Part shown: positions 20,096-29,384 of the stretch, in pieces | Numbering within the stretch: the stretch's first letter is position 1 | How the letters are laid out: every line of letters starts with the position of its first letter | Assembly: GCA_046756865.1 (NCBI GenBank) | Contig: JBHHXE010000002.1 | Coordinates: 1 to 58,491, forward strand | Length of the DNA stretch: 58,491 nucleotides | Reading direction: 5' to 3' | From: Nitrospiria bacterium | Lineage (GTDB): Bacteria > Nitrospirota > Nitrospiria > SBBL01 > JAADHI01 | Translations under genes and position numbers: made by a program | The notes under the pieces: model-generated | Told to the model about the DNA's origin: nothing | Seen by the model: only the letters and a program-made list of their open reading frames with translations | The model's database searches: none

Positions 20096-20992
20096 TCAGA
20101 TGCTCCCCAACTCCATCCGGGGAATATCCCCGTTTGCCAGGTCAAGGAGATACTGGCCATAACCGTTTTTAAGCATCGCCCGGGCCAGGGATTTCAACTG
20201 GGGGGCGTCAATGTAGCCCATCCGGTAGACGATCTCTTCTGGACAGGAAATGCTGAGCCCCTGACGTGTCTCCATGACTTCGATATATTGCGAGGCCTGC
20301 AGGAGCGATTCATGGGTACCGGTATCGAGCCAGGCAATGCCTCGCCCGAGCAGTTCCACCTGAAGCTTTCCTTTGCTTAGATATGCGCTGTTTAAATCAG
20401 TGATTTCCAACTCACCCCGAGGGGACGGCTTTAGACCTTTGGCAATATCAACCACCGTGTTGTCGTAGAAATAAAGCCCTGTCACCGCATAGTTCGATTT
20501 AGGATCGTCCGGTTTTTCCTCAATGGCAATCGCCCGCCGGTTTTCATCAAACTGCACCACGCCGTAACGTTGCGGATCCCGGACATAATATCCAAAAACA
20601 ATGGCCCCCTCTTCCAGCAACACGGCCTTCTGCACAACTTCGATAAGGCCCCTTCCGTAAAAGATGTTGTCCCCAAGGATCAGGCAGACGGAACTGTCTC
20701 CAATATAATCCTCTCCGATCAGGAAGGCCTGTGCCAGACCACCGGGATCCGGCTGGACGGCATAGCGCAAAGAAAGCCCCCACTGCGACCCATCGCCCAA
20801 CAGGGCTTGATATTGGGGAAGATCATGCGGAGTTGTGATAATTAAAAACTCTCTTAAGCCCGACAACAGAAGGGTACACAGGGGATAGTAGATCATCGGC
20901 TTGTTGTAAACCGGCAAAAGCTGCTTGCTCACAACCTGGGTCACAGGATAAAGTCGGGTCCCGCTTCCCCCCGCTAAGATGATGCCTTTCAT
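20096..20992 (-). CDS. rfbA: glucose-1-phosphate thymidylyltransferase
   Basis: [16 protein letters not shown] start at ATG 20992 with a GAGGAAG RBS. The longer ORF-track start (21067) runs into a noncoding repeat. Confidence 0.9.
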   Translation of the reverse strand: MKGIILAGGSGTRLYPVTQVVSKQLLPVYNKPMIYYPLCTLLLSGLREFLIITTPHDLPQYQALLGDGSQWGLSLRYAVQPDPGGLAQAFLIGEDYIGDSSVCLILGDNIFYGRGLIEVVQKAVLLEEGAIVFGYYVRDPQRYGVVQFDENRRAIAIEEKPDDPKSNYAVTGLYFYDNTVVDIAKGLKPSPRGELEITDLNSAYLSKGKLQVELLGRGIAWLDTGTHESLLQASQYIEVMETRQGLSISCPEEIVYRMGYIDAPQLKSLARAMLKNGYGQYLLDLANGDIPRMELGSI

Positions 20993-21030
20993 TTCGCTTC
21001 CTCTATTAAAATCCTGTAACGCTTCAGATT

Positions 21031-21151
21031 GCCAGGACACGGTTTCGGGGCAAGGCGCAAGGTACACAGAACCGCAGCGTATGTTTCATACCTGACGATT
21101 CGAGCACCACAACAACGCAGCCCCGGAGTCTTCGCAGGGTGAGCTGAATCC
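21031..21151. repeat. structured intergenic repeat, family F2, copy a
   Basis: Core GGGCAAGGCG...CAGAACCGCAGCGTAT..GATTCGAGCACCACAACAACGC closed by cgggg/ccccg. Copies at 34192-34300 (same orientation) and 29171-29290 (inverted). Confidence 0.8.
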
Positions 21152-22210
21152 TTACAAAGTACCAAGGCGCTCTCTCTTATAACTTCCATCTTGCACTCGC
21201 CGGCACCAGGACCGGTGATCCAGAACCCACTGTACAGTCCTTCTCAAGCCGGACGCAAAGGTCTCTGCAGGCGTCCAGCACAGATCCCGCGCTATTTTTG
21301 AGGCATCGATGGCGTAGCGCTGATCATGCCCGGGCCGGTCCTGCACAAACTGAATCAGCGCGGCATAGGCTCCCAGGCTCGGGTTGGGGGCAAGCTCGTC
21401 CAGAAGCTGGCAGAGCAATTCGACAACCTCCAGATTGGTCTTTTCATTGCTTCCACCGATGTTGTAGGTTTCTCCCGGCCGGCCTTTTTTCAAAACGAGA
21501 CACAGGGCCCGGACGTGATCTTCTACATAAAGCCAATCCCGAATATTTGCGCCACTTCCATAGACCGGCAGAGGTTTTTCCTCAAGGGCATTGAGAATGA
21601 CCAATGGTATCAGCTTCTCGGGAAACTGGTATGGGCCGTAATTATTGGAACAATTTGTAATAAGGACCGGGAGACCATAAGTATGATGCCATGCACGGAC
21701 CAGATGGTCTGAAGCGGACTTGCTGGCCGAATAGGGGGAGTTGGGGTGATAGGCCGTCTCTTCGGTAAACAGTCCGGTCTCACCTAAGGACCCGAAGACC
21801 TCATCGGTCGAAACATGGAGATAACGAAACTGCGCCTTTTGTGTCCCTTCCAACTGCCGCCAATAGCTGCATGCCGCTTCGAGGAGAGTATATGTCCCCA
21901 AAATATTGGTCTGGATAAAGGGCGCCGGACAATCAATCGAGCGGTCTACGTGAGACTCCGCCGCAAGGTGCATGACCGCATCCGGCCGATAGTTCTCAAA
22001 AAGCCCTTTGACTGCGTCTGCGTCACAGATATCAACCTTCTCAAATTGATAGCGCGCATCCTCCCGAACATCGCTCAGAGACTCCAGGTTGCCGGCATAG
22101 GTCAGCTTATCAACATTGAGCAGACTGTGCTCTGTTTCCTGTAAGAGGTATCGAACCAGATTAGAGCCGATAAATCCGGCCCCGCCGGTAACAATAATCT
22201 TCATGAACAA
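21152..22210 (-). CDS. rfbB: dTDP-glucose 4,6-dehydratase
   Basis: [20 protein letters not shown] and a C-terminal RmlB-like region. 352 aa. Confidence 0.9.
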   Translation of the reverse strand: MFMKIIVTGGAGFIGSNLVRYLLQETEHSLLNVDKLTYAGNLESLSDVREDARYQFEKVDICDADAVKGLFENYRPDAVMHLAAESHVDRSIDCPAPFIQTNILGTYTLLEAACSYWRQLEGTQKAQFRYLHVSTDEVFGSLGETGLFTEETAYHPNSPYSASKSASDHLVRAWHHTYGLPVLITNCSNNYGPYQFPEKLIPLVILNALEEKPLPVYGSGANIRDWLYVEDHVRALCLVLKKGRPGETYNIGGSNEKTNLEVVELLCQLLDELAPNPSLGAYAALIQFVQDRPGHDQRYAIDASKIARDLCWTPAETFASGLRRTVQWVLDHRSWCRRVQDGSYKRERLGTL

Positions 22211-22303
22211 CCTGTGTCATGTGTCATGCGATAGGGAGGACAAAACCAATAGCGATTCATGTCTCTCACGACGCATCACTGTTTAACGATCATCGCCTCC
22301 GAA

Positions 22304-23446
22304 TCACGCCTTACGGAAAAACGCCTGTATTTCGTCCACAACAGCCCCCTGCATCTTCGAGGTCAATTCCGGATAAATCGGGAGGGCCAGTGTTTCATTC
22401 GCAGCCCGCTCTGCCTCCGGAAAGTCTCCCTCCTTGTAACCAAGAGATTTAAAACACCCTTGAAGGTGAAAAGGAATGGGATAGTAGACCTCCGTAATGA
22501 TCTCTTTTTCCCCGAGATACTCCCGCAGGCGATTCCGATCCCGGACGCGGATCACAAATTGATTGTAGATATGATAATGCGAAACACCCTTCTCTTTATA
22601 AACGGCCTCGGAGAGGGAGAGACGCTCTTCCTCAACCATTCCGCTCTCATTAAATAGCTCAGCATAACGCTTTGCATTTTCCTGGCGTTGGGCGGTCCAA
22701 CGGTCCAGATAGTTCAGCTTGACATTGATGACGGCGGCCTGAATGGCATCAATCCGGAAATTTCCACCGATGGTCTTATGAACATACTTGGGCTTTCCAC
22801 CGTGTACCCGGAGAATTCTTACCTTCTCGGCAAGTTCGGGATCTCTCATGACAACCATTCCAGCATCCCCCAGGGCGCCAAGATTCTTGCTTGGAAAAAA
22901 AGAGAAGGCCCCGAAATCTCCGAGACTCCCTGCGCGCCTTCCGTCGTGGTATTCGGCCCCGATTGCCTGCGCGGCATCCTCGATAACCCTTAAGTGATGC
23001 GCTTCCGCGATCTTGAGGATCGGCGCCATATCCGCGACCTGGCCGTAAAGATGAACAGGGATGATTGCTTTTGTCTTGGACGTCACCGCAGCCGCGATTT
23101 TCTCCGGATCAATGTTATAGCTCACCGGGTCGATGTCGACAAAAACCGGTATGGCGCCCAATCGAACAATCGCCCCTGCCGTCGCAATGAAGGAATAAGG
23201 CGTGGTGATCACCTCATCCCCCGGACCAATGTCAGCCGCCATCAGCGAGATCAAGAGGGCATCTGTTCCCGAGGCCACACCCACGGCGTGCCCGGTCTGG
23301 CAGTAAGTCGCGATCTGCTCCTCCAGTCTCTTGACTGCGGGACCCAGGATAAAGGCCTGGCTCTGAAAAACGGCGTCAATCGCGGCCAGAAGTTCTTTCC
23401 GGATGGGTTCATGGTGGGCCTTTAAGTCTAGAAGCGGGACCTTCAT
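22304..23446 (-). CDS. DegT/DnrJ/EryC1/StrS-family PLP sugar aminotransferase
   Basis: 380 aa with the typical FSFFPSKNLG PLP-Lys motif. N-terminus VPLLDLKAHH. Confidence 0.85.
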   Translation of the reverse strand: MKVPLLDLKAHHEPIRKELLAAIDAVFQSQAFILGPAVKRLEEQIATYCQTGHAVGVASGTDALLISLMAADIGPGDEVITTPYSFIATAGAIVRLGAIPVFVDIDPVSYNIDPEKIAAAVTSKTKAIIPVHLYGQVADMAPILKIAEAHHLRVIEDAAQAIGAEYHDGRRAGSLGDFGAFSFFPSKNLGALGDAGMVVMRDPELAEKVRILRVHGGKPKYVHKTIGGNFRIDAIQAAVINVKLNYLDRWTAQRQENAKRYAELFNESGMVEEERLSLSEAVYKEKGVSHYHIYNQFVIRVRDRNRLREYLGEKEIITEVYYPIPFHLQGCFKSLGYKEGDFPEAERAANETLALPIYPELTSKMQGAVVDEIQAFFRKA

Positions 23447-23604
23447 TTTGTGCCTCCTGTTTGGAAAAACACCGCCGAGGAGCGGCGAGGGTTACGCTTG
23501 CTATGCGTGTTCAAAAAATCACTCAATGATACCGGACACATCTATAGTACATCAGGCGCATCAGAGTCAAGGAAGGGGCCCCTTCTAAGCTTCCCAACAC
23601 GCTC

Positions 23605-24408
23605 CTAAACCTTTGCTGGAGACCCGGCTGAAAGAGCATGTGACGGATAGGCATCAAACTCGGGGAAGCGGCTTCCGGTGATAAAAGTGAGGTGGTTTCT
23701 AAAGAGCGTTTCAACCTCTTTTCGCATTGCCGGAGAAGGCTTCAGGCGATGGGAACGCGCGTAGTCCATCCGCTGGGAGGCCTCCAGAAAAGCAAGCGTC
23801 CCCTGAGAAATAAAAACAAGCGATCCGACCCCCTTTGCACAGTTCAGGCAGACGGCTCCGCCGAAAGATGCGGAAAAATAGAGTCCGGTCCCGGACCTGC
23901 TTCCCGAGCGGAAGGGAGAAATGGGTGATTTATGGCACTTCAGACAGGAGTCCCATCGGGGCTGGTAACCGCTGTAAGCGATCAACCGAACGACGAAGAG
24001 AAGGACAGAAAGTTGCGGGTCCGTCCCATTTTCAAGAAAGGAGAGTCCATTGCGCAGGAGCGGAAAAATTGATGGGCTTGGATGCCCGTCAGCGGTCATC
24101 TTTTGAACAAGATGCGCCATCAGAAAGGCGGAATGAATTCCGCCCCAGTCTTCCCTTAATTTTTGAAAAGAGTGGATAATGTCGGATTGATTAATCCTGG
24201 CAAGCTTATCTCCACCCTTTTCAAAAAGCTGAAGTCTGCAATGCGTGAACGGCTCCAAGGAGGCGCCAAAGCGGCTTTTCATCCGACGCGCACCTTTTGC
24301 CACCCCCTTGAGCTTGCCCCGCTTGTCCGTATAAAAAGTCACCAGCTTATCGGCATCACCAAGCTTGATGCTTCCCAGAACAATTGCCTCGGATGTAAGA
24401 AGAGACAT
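23605..24408 (-). CDS. recO: DNA repair protein RecO
   Basis: N-terminal OB region (EAIVLGSIKLGDADKLVTFYT...GVAKGARR) and Cys pairs (CLKC...CLNC). Confidence 0.85.
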   Translation of the reverse strand: MSLLTSEAIVLGSIKLGDADKLVTFYTDKRGKLKGVAKGARRMKSRFGASLEPFTHCRLQLFEKGGDKLARINQSDIIHSFQKLREDWGGIHSAFLMAHLVQKMTADGHPSPSIFPLLRNGLSFLENGTDPQLSVLLFVVRLIAYSGYQPRWDSCLKCHKSPISPFRSGSRSGTGLYFSASFGGAVCLNCAKGVGSLVFISQGTLAFLEASQRMDYARSHRLKPSPAMRKEVETLFRNHLTFITGSRFPEFDAYPSHALSAGSPAKV

Positions 24409-24458
24409 GGGCCAAACTTCCTCATCTACAAGAATTATTATTCCCCTTGGTCTTTTGG

Positions 24459-24579
24459 GAAACAGTCAAGTCGTCTGAAAAACAAGTCCAGAAGCCATAT
24501 GAGGTCTCCAGGGCGTACCCACTGTTTGAGGAGCCCTTTATGGCTGATAATGCTGAATTACAGGCGGATCAGTGGTTTC
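24459..24579. repeat. structured intergenic repeat, family F1, copy B
   Basis: gaaacagtcaagtc...acaagtccaga...cgtac..ttgaggag...gataatgc...ggtttc. It ends 12 nt from the stop of the upstream minus-strand gene. Confidence 0.75.
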
Positions 24580-24590
24580 TTTGTGGCAAC

Positions 24591-25772
24591 TCATTTCGCC
24601 GCGACAATCTTAAGGATCTCTCCGCTGTAGTCCACAACATAAAGCTCGTGTTGTTCATCTTCGCCGAAGGCGCTGATGCTGCGGTCTGTCTCCAGGAGCA
24701 ATTCCTGCCCGGTAACGCGGTCTCCCTCATATCTCAGCATCCAGATCCGGCCGCTGCCGAAATCCCCGTAGAGATAGGCACCGACAAGTTCTGGAAGCGC
24801 ACGCCCGCGGTAGACCCTGCCGCCGATCACCACAGTGCCATCACTACGCGGGTAGTCGAAAAGGGGGAGCGTCAGTCCCTTTTGATCACAGCGGAGATTG
24901 ACGCCCGGGGTGCATCTCTTGCCTTCCATGATATTCCATCCATAGTTCCCTCCCCGCCGGATCAGGTTGATCTCCTCCCGGGACCTCTGACCAACATCCC
25001 CGGCCAGGAGGTCTCCGGTCTGCGCATCAAAGGAAAACCGCCAGGGGTTCCGGAGGCCGGTGGCCCAGATCTCCGGCGCGGCATCCCGGCTTCGCGCAAA
25101 GGGATTATCTGCCGGGATGGTATAGGCCTGCCCGTCTTTGCCTGGATTGACTCCAATTCTAAGCATCTTCCCCAGACGCGTCTTTAGATTCTGGCTATTC
25201 CCCTGGGGGTCGTTCCCCGCGCCGCCGTCCCCCATGCCAATGTAAAGGGTGCCGTCCGGTCCAAAGGCAATCTCCCCGCCGTTGTGATTTGAAAAGGGCT
25301 GGGGAATTTTCATCAGGATCCGTTCGCTCGCCGGGTCGGCCCGATCCGGATGATTTCCGACGCCGAATTCGGAGATCACGGTATGGAGGCCTCCTCCTGA
25401 GGCCGTATAATTTACAAAAAAGCGTGGGGTTCTGGAAAATTCAGGATGAAAGGCCAAACCGAGGAGCCCCTTCTCGCCGCCGTCGCTCACGCGCCTTCGG
25501 ATATCCAGATAGGGTGTCTTTTCCAGGGCCCCGTTTTTCAGGACCCGGATCGTTCCGCGCTGTTCGACAATGAAAAGGCGACCGCTCCCATCCCCGGCAT
25601 GAAAAAGGCCGGTCGGACGCGCCAATCCGCCCACAATCCGTTCCAGTCGGATCCGGGAAGGCCCGGGAACCGCCTGTGTTTCAGGACCAAAAAAAAGGGG
25701 ATCACAGGCCGCTTGTAGCATAAAAAGGGAAAAGCTTATCACCCATAAACAATATCCGGATCGTCGTGCCAC
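24591..25772 (-). CDS. PQQ-dependent sugar (glucose/sorbosone) dehydrogenase family, secreted
   Basis: Signal peptide and beta-propeller motifs (LLGLAFHP, HNGGEIAFGPDGTLYIGMGDGG, GLRNPWRFSFD). Confidence 0.8.
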   Translation of the reverse strand: MARRSGYCLWVISFSLFMLQAACDPLFFGPETQAVPGPSRIRLERIVGGLARPTGLFHAGDGSGRLFIVEQRGTIRVLKNGALEKTPYLDIRRRVSDGGEKGLLGLAFHPEFSRTPRFFVNYTASGGGLHTVISEFGVGNHPDRADPASERILMKIPQPFSNHNGGEIAFGPDGTLYIGMGDGGAGNDPQGNSQNLKTRLGKMLRIGVNPGKDGQAYTIPADNPFARSRDAAPEIWATGLRNPWRFSFDAQTGDLLAGDVGQRSREEINLIRRGGNYGWNIMEGKRCTPGVNLRCDQKGLTLPLFDYPRSDGTVVIGGRVYRGRALPELVGAYLYGDFGSGRIWMLRYEGDRVTGQELLLETDRSISAFGEDEQHELYVVDYSGEILKIVAAK

Positions 25773-25940
25773 CCTCCCCTCCCAAACCCGAGTTTGATAG
25801 ATAAGAGATACACTAGGAGATCAGGACCATATTTGTCAACAAACCGCATCAACACCCGGTTGAAGTATCCTCTCTGAAAGGATGTTTGCACTGGATGTAT
25901 TCACTATCGGAATGCCGGATGCTAAAAACCCAGAAAGAGC

Positions 25941-25969
25941 TTGACAAGCTCAAGGGAGTTTTTTATATT
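25941..25969 (+). promoter_or_regulatory. consensus-like sigma70 promoter upstream of fur
   Basis: TTGACA (25941-25946), a 17-nt spacer, then TATATT (25964-25969). Confidence 0.55.
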
Positions 25970-26029
25970 ACTTTTTCACCAATTTTAGAATGGGGCAGCT
26001 TTAGGAACCCAAGCCGTAAGGGAGTCCGG

Positions 26030-26485
26030 GTGACCAAGGAAGAAGAGATTCTTCAAGACCACATCACAACACACCGACTCAAGGTGACCAAAGAGCGCAA
26101 GGCAATCCTGCGTGTCTTTATGAACACCGAAAGGCATGTAACCGCAGAAGAGCTACACCGGGAGATGAAGAATACAGGCTCCTCCATTGGACTCGCCACC
26201 ATCTACCGGACCTTAAACCTCTTTTGTGAGAGCGGCCTTGCGGAACAACGCCATTTCGGAGACGGACAGGCCCGTTACGAACTAACTTATAATGTACATC
26301 ACCATGATCATCTTGTCTGCAAACAGTGCAACCGCATTATTGAATTTGAAAATCGCGAGATTGAAAGATTGCAGGAAAAAGTGGCCAAAAAAAACCGTTT
26401 TACCATCGACAGCCACAAACTGGAACTCTACGGAACTTGCGAGACCTGCACCAAGAGCAATGCAAAAAGCAAAGCCAAGAATTAA
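26030..26485 (+). CDS. fur: Fur-family metalloregulator
   Basis: Winged-helix region (LKVTKERKAILRVF...SIGLATIYRTLNLF), an HHHDH metal site and two CxxC pairs (CKQC, CETC). I place the start at GTG 26030, preceded by GGAG and a 5-nt spacer. The ORF-track start (25886) would cover the promoter. Confidence 0.8.
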   Translation: MTKEEEILQDHITTHRLKVTKERKAILRVFMNTERHVTAEELHREMKNTGSSIGLATIYRTLNLFCESGLAEQRHFGDGQARYELTYNVHHHDHLVCKQCNRIIEFENREIERLQEKVAKKNRFTIDSHKLELYGTCETCTKSNAKSKAKN

Positions 26486-26577
26486 AGTAAAGAGTAAAAA
26501 ATAAAAAGCCAGAGTTCCTCTGAGAGCCCGTGCCCAACACAAACACAACCACTTCACTCGACAGGAGGAATATTGCA

Positions 26578-27771
26578 ATGGTATTAAGAAGATGGATTAT
26601 ATCAACCTTAATGATCTTACCGCTGGTCTTCGCGCAATCGGGCTGGACCCAGACACCGGGCCAGGGAGCCGCATCGCCATCGCAGATGGAAATGGAAGAG
26701 GGCGACGCCCCCAGGCTCACGTTCAGCGGGTATGGTGAACTTCATTACAACATCCCGAGCAGCGTCAATGGCGCTGCAAAAAACTCCAAGATGGATTTCC
26801 ATCGCCTCGTCCTCGGCTGGAACTATGTGTTCAGCGATCGGATCACGCTCTATGCAGAAGCGGAGTTTGAGCATGCCGCCCAGGAGATGGAACTGGAATT
26901 TGCCTTCCTCGACTTTTTTATTGATCCGGCCTTCAACGTCCGCGCCGGTGCCCTTCTCATGCCGGTCGGGCCCTTAAATGAATACCATGAACCCCCGCTC
27001 TTCTACAGCGTGGAGCGGCCCTATTTCCAAAAATTCATCATACCGACCACCTGGCAGGAAGGCGGAATCGGAGTCTTTGGATCACCCCTTCCTGGCTTAA
27101 ACTATCGCGTCTACCTCGTCTCCGGTCTAAACTCATCAGGATTCAGCGGAGAGAACGGTCTCAGGAAGGGCCGCGGCAAGGTTGCCGGGGCAGAAGGAAA
27201 ACCAAAGACAGGGGAAGAGCTTGCTGTCGTCGGCCGGTTGGAATACAGCCCGATGGCAGGTTTTGACCTTGGCCTCTCTCTGTATCAAGGCAATTCAAAT
27301 CAGGACAATGATCCGAATCTTGGAGATGACGCGGGCGTCAGCATTGTGGAAGTCGACGGCCGGGCCCGAGTCTCCGGCATTGATTTCCGGGCGGTCTATG
27401 CTCAGATTGAGATTGACGACTCAGCTCAGATCAATTCCGCAAATGGCTTACTGACTCCTGGTAAGGCTACGGATGTCGCCGAAGAGATCACCGGATGGTA
27501 TGTTGAACTGGCCTATCGCTTGGGGCAAACAAAGGGAACCGATTGGGATCTCGTTCCCTTTGTCCGCCTCGAGGAGATCAACACCCATGACAAAGTGGCG
27601 GCAACGACGACACTTAACCCTGCTTTTAACAGAAATGTCACCACCTACGGTGTCGCCTATTTCCCTCATCCCCAAGTCGCCTTCAAGGCCGACTATGAAG
27701 ACTGGGAGAATGATGATCCCAATGATCCGGATTGGGAGCAATTCAATCTCGGCTTGGCCTTCATGTTCTAA
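26578..27771 (+). CDS. outer-membrane beta-barrel porin-like protein (porin O/P-like pattern), paralog 1
   Basis: ATG 26578 lies behind an AGGAGG RBS. It has a signal peptide (MVLRRWIISTLMILPLVFAQS), alternating beta-strand pattern and a C-terminal aromatic residue (AFMF). The family assignment is by eye. Confidence 0.65.
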   Translation: MVLRRWIISTLMILPLVFAQSGWTQTPGQGAASPSQMEMEEGDAPRLTFSGYGELHYNIPSSVNGAAKNSKMDFHRLVLGWNYVFSDRITLYAEAEFEHAAQEMELEFAFLDFFIDPAFNVRAGALLMPVGPLNEYHEPPLFYSVERPYFQKFIIPTTWQEGGIGVFGSPLPGLNYRVYLVSGLNSSGFSGENGLRKGRGKVAGAEGKPKTGEELAVVGRLEYSPMAGFDLGLSLYQGNSNQDNDPNLGDDAGVSIVEVDGRARVSGIDFRAVYAQIEIDDSAQINSANGLLTPGKATDVAEEITGWYVELAYRLGQTKGTDWDLVPFVRLEEINTHDKVAATTTLNPAFNRNVTTYGVAYFPHPQVAFKADYEDWENDDPNDPDWEQFNLGLAFMF

Positions 27772-27808
27772 GCCTCAGAAGGCCTGGATTGGATTTAAGA
27801 TCAATGAT

Positions 27809-27840
27809 CGAAAGGCGGCCCCCGGGCCGCCTTTCGTTTT
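27809..27840 (+). terminator. rho-independent terminator after porin paralog 1
   Basis: A 12-bp GC-rich stem cgaaaggcggcc/ggccgcctttcg with a 4-nt loop, followed by TTTT. Confidence 0.8.
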
Positions 27841-27871
27841 AGGTTGGCATCAGATCCACCAAAATATCCAC

Positions 27872-27900
27872 TTGACTATTTCAAGGGATTTTCCTAGTAT
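27872..27900 (+). promoter_or_regulatory. sigma70-like promoter of porin paralog 2
   Basis: TTGACT (27872-27877), a 17-nt spacer, then TAGTAT (27895-27900). Confidence 0.55.
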
Positions 27901-27908
27901 AAATCGCC

Positions 27909-27927
27909 GATTATAATAATCATTTTC
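27909..27927. promoter_or_regulatory. Fur box
   Basis: GATTATAATAATCATTTTC matches 16 of 19 positions of GATAATGATAATCATTATC (counted by eye). It lies 9 nt downstream of the -10 element. Confidence 0.65.
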
Positions 27928-27977
27928 AGTCTAAAATCATGAGAGGATGAGGTTATTCTTCCGCCTCAAAAAAAATT

Positions 27978-29162
27978 ATGATAAAAACAAAAAGACACAT
28001 CAACCGACTTACAGGGCTTTTGCCCCTCCTCACGATAACCACCTTGCTCTTTGTGCAGTCCGGCCGGGCTGAGACCACGGCAATGAAAGTGACACCGGCA
28101 GACACTTCCAAGCTCTCCTTTCACGGTTACGGCGAGCTTCACTTTCATACGCCAAAGGGCACAGACTTCCCCGAAAATGAGGCCCCCGCCGAGGCGGATC
28201 TTCACCGAATGGTCTGGGGAATCAGCTACGACATGAGTGACTGGATCATCCTCCATACGGGGATCGACTTCGAACAGGCCCAAGAGGAATTGCAGTTGGA
28301 GTTTGTCTATCTTCACTTTTTGATCAACCCCCTCTTCAATGTCCGTGTCGGCAGCCTCCTGGTTCCGGTGGGCCCCCTGAATGAATTCCATGAACCGCCT
28401 CTCTTTTACAGTGTCTCCCGACCCTACGTCCAAAGACATATTATTCCGACCACCTGGCAGGAAGCCGGAATTGGAGTCTTCGGCACACTGCTCCCGGGAT
28501 TAAATTATCGTGCCTATATTCTTTCTTCACTGGATGCGAGACGGTTTGACGGCGTTTCGGGGATAAGGAACGGCAGGAGGGGCGCGTCCGAGGCCGAGTC
28601 TGATGATCTTGCCCTTGTTCTGCGAAGCGAATATACCCCGATGAGCGGGGTCGACCTTGGCCTCTCCCTCTATAACGGGGGCGCAGACGCATCCAAGAAG
28701 GTGGGCGGAAATGCCCGTGTCCAAATCCTTGAGTGGGATGTCCGGCTCCGGATGGAAGGCTTCGACCTCCAGTGGGTCTCCGTCCTCATCGACATCGACG
28801 ATGCCGCCGCAATTAATGCGGCGCACACAGACAAAGACGGCAATGCCGCCCCGCTGATCGGGTCCGATTCGGTCGGCACACAACTATCCGGCACGACCCT
28901 CGAAGCCGCTTACCACCTGTCCTATTTGACGAGAGCCGAATGGGATCTCGTTCCCTTTGTCCGTTTTGAGGCCATCAATACGCAAGACGATGTCCCTGCC
29001 GGATTTTCCGCAAACCCAGCAAATGACCGGGAGATCCTGACCGTCGGGACCGCCTATTATCCCCACCCGCAGGTGGTCCTCAAGCTCGACCGGGAGTCCT
29101 GGGAAGATGGGACCGGTAGGACTGAACTTCGATATAATCTAGGGGCCGCCTATATGTTCTAA
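27978..29162 (+). CDS. outer-membrane beta-barrel porin-like protein, paralog 2
   Basis: Alignable over its full length with 26578-27771. Shared blocks include GYGELH, LEF..L.F.I.P.FNVR.G.LL.PVGPLNE.HEPPLFYSV.RPY, IIPTTWQE.GIGVFG, PGLNYR, WDLVPFVR and YPHPQV. Signal peptide present; C-terminal YMF. Confidence 0.65.
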   Translation: MIKTKRHINRLTGLLPLLTITTLLFVQSGRAETTAMKVTPADTSKLSFHGYGELHFHTPKGTDFPENEAPAEADLHRMVWGISYDMSDWIILHTGIDFEQAQEELQLEFVYLHFLINPLFNVRVGSLLVPVGPLNEFHEPPLFYSVSRPYVQRHIIPTTWQEAGIGVFGTLLPGLNYRAYILSSLDARRFDGVSGIRNGRRGASEAESDDLALVLRSEYTPMSGVDLGLSLYNGGADASKKVGGNARVQILEWDVRLRMEGFDLQWVSVLIDIDDAAAINAAHTDKDGNAAPLIGSDSVGTQLSGTTLEAAYHLSYLTRAEWDLVPFVRFEAINTQDDVPAGFSANPANDREILTVGTAYYPHPQVVLKLDRESWEDGTGRTELRYNLGAAYMF

Positions 29163-29170
29163 GCTTTTTG

Positions 29171-29290
29171 CCAGGATTCAGAACACCCATCTTTTCATCC
29201 ATGGCGGCGTTGTTGTGGGACTCGAATCCTCGCGTATACATATACGCTGCGGTCCTGCGCTCCCCACGCCTTGCCCTGGAGGATGGGTCT
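29171..29290. repeat. structured intergenic repeat, family F2, copy c (inverted)
   Basis: Its reverse complement reads CCAGGGCAAGGCGTGGGGAGCGCAGGACCGCAGCGTATATGTATACGCGAGGATTCGAGTCCCACAACAACGC. Confidence 0.75.
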
Positions 29291-29384
29291 CACGAAGCCA
29301 AAATAGTGGCATGCTAAACCCTGACGGCTCTGTTAACCTCTGCGCCGATTTGGTCTACCCTTAATAAGGAAATCACTCAATAAT

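Noticed and set aside
21090-21118. GATTCGAGCACC in repeat F2 resembling a tRNA T-arm
   Set aside because: No acceptor, anticodon or D-arm can be built around it, and all three copies lack the cloverleaf. I found no tRNA anywhere in the window.
24447-25187. 246-aa plus-strand ORF antisense to the PQQ-dependent dehydrogenase
   Set aside because: It is an antisense shadow of a gene with clear family motifs. Its 5' part runs through the noncoding F1 repeat.
25886-26029. Long N-terminal extension of fur suggested by the ORF track
   Set aside because: The extension covers a TTGACA-17-TATATT promoter and is not Fur-like. A GTG at 26030 with a GGAG RBS gives a normal-length Fur.
29300-29384. Sigma54 (TGGCAC-N5-TTGC) or Fur sites upstream of the apbE fusion
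   Set aside because: TGGCATGCTAAACC lacks the TTGC element, and aatcactcaataat is only a weak partial Fur half-site. Neither is reported as a feature.
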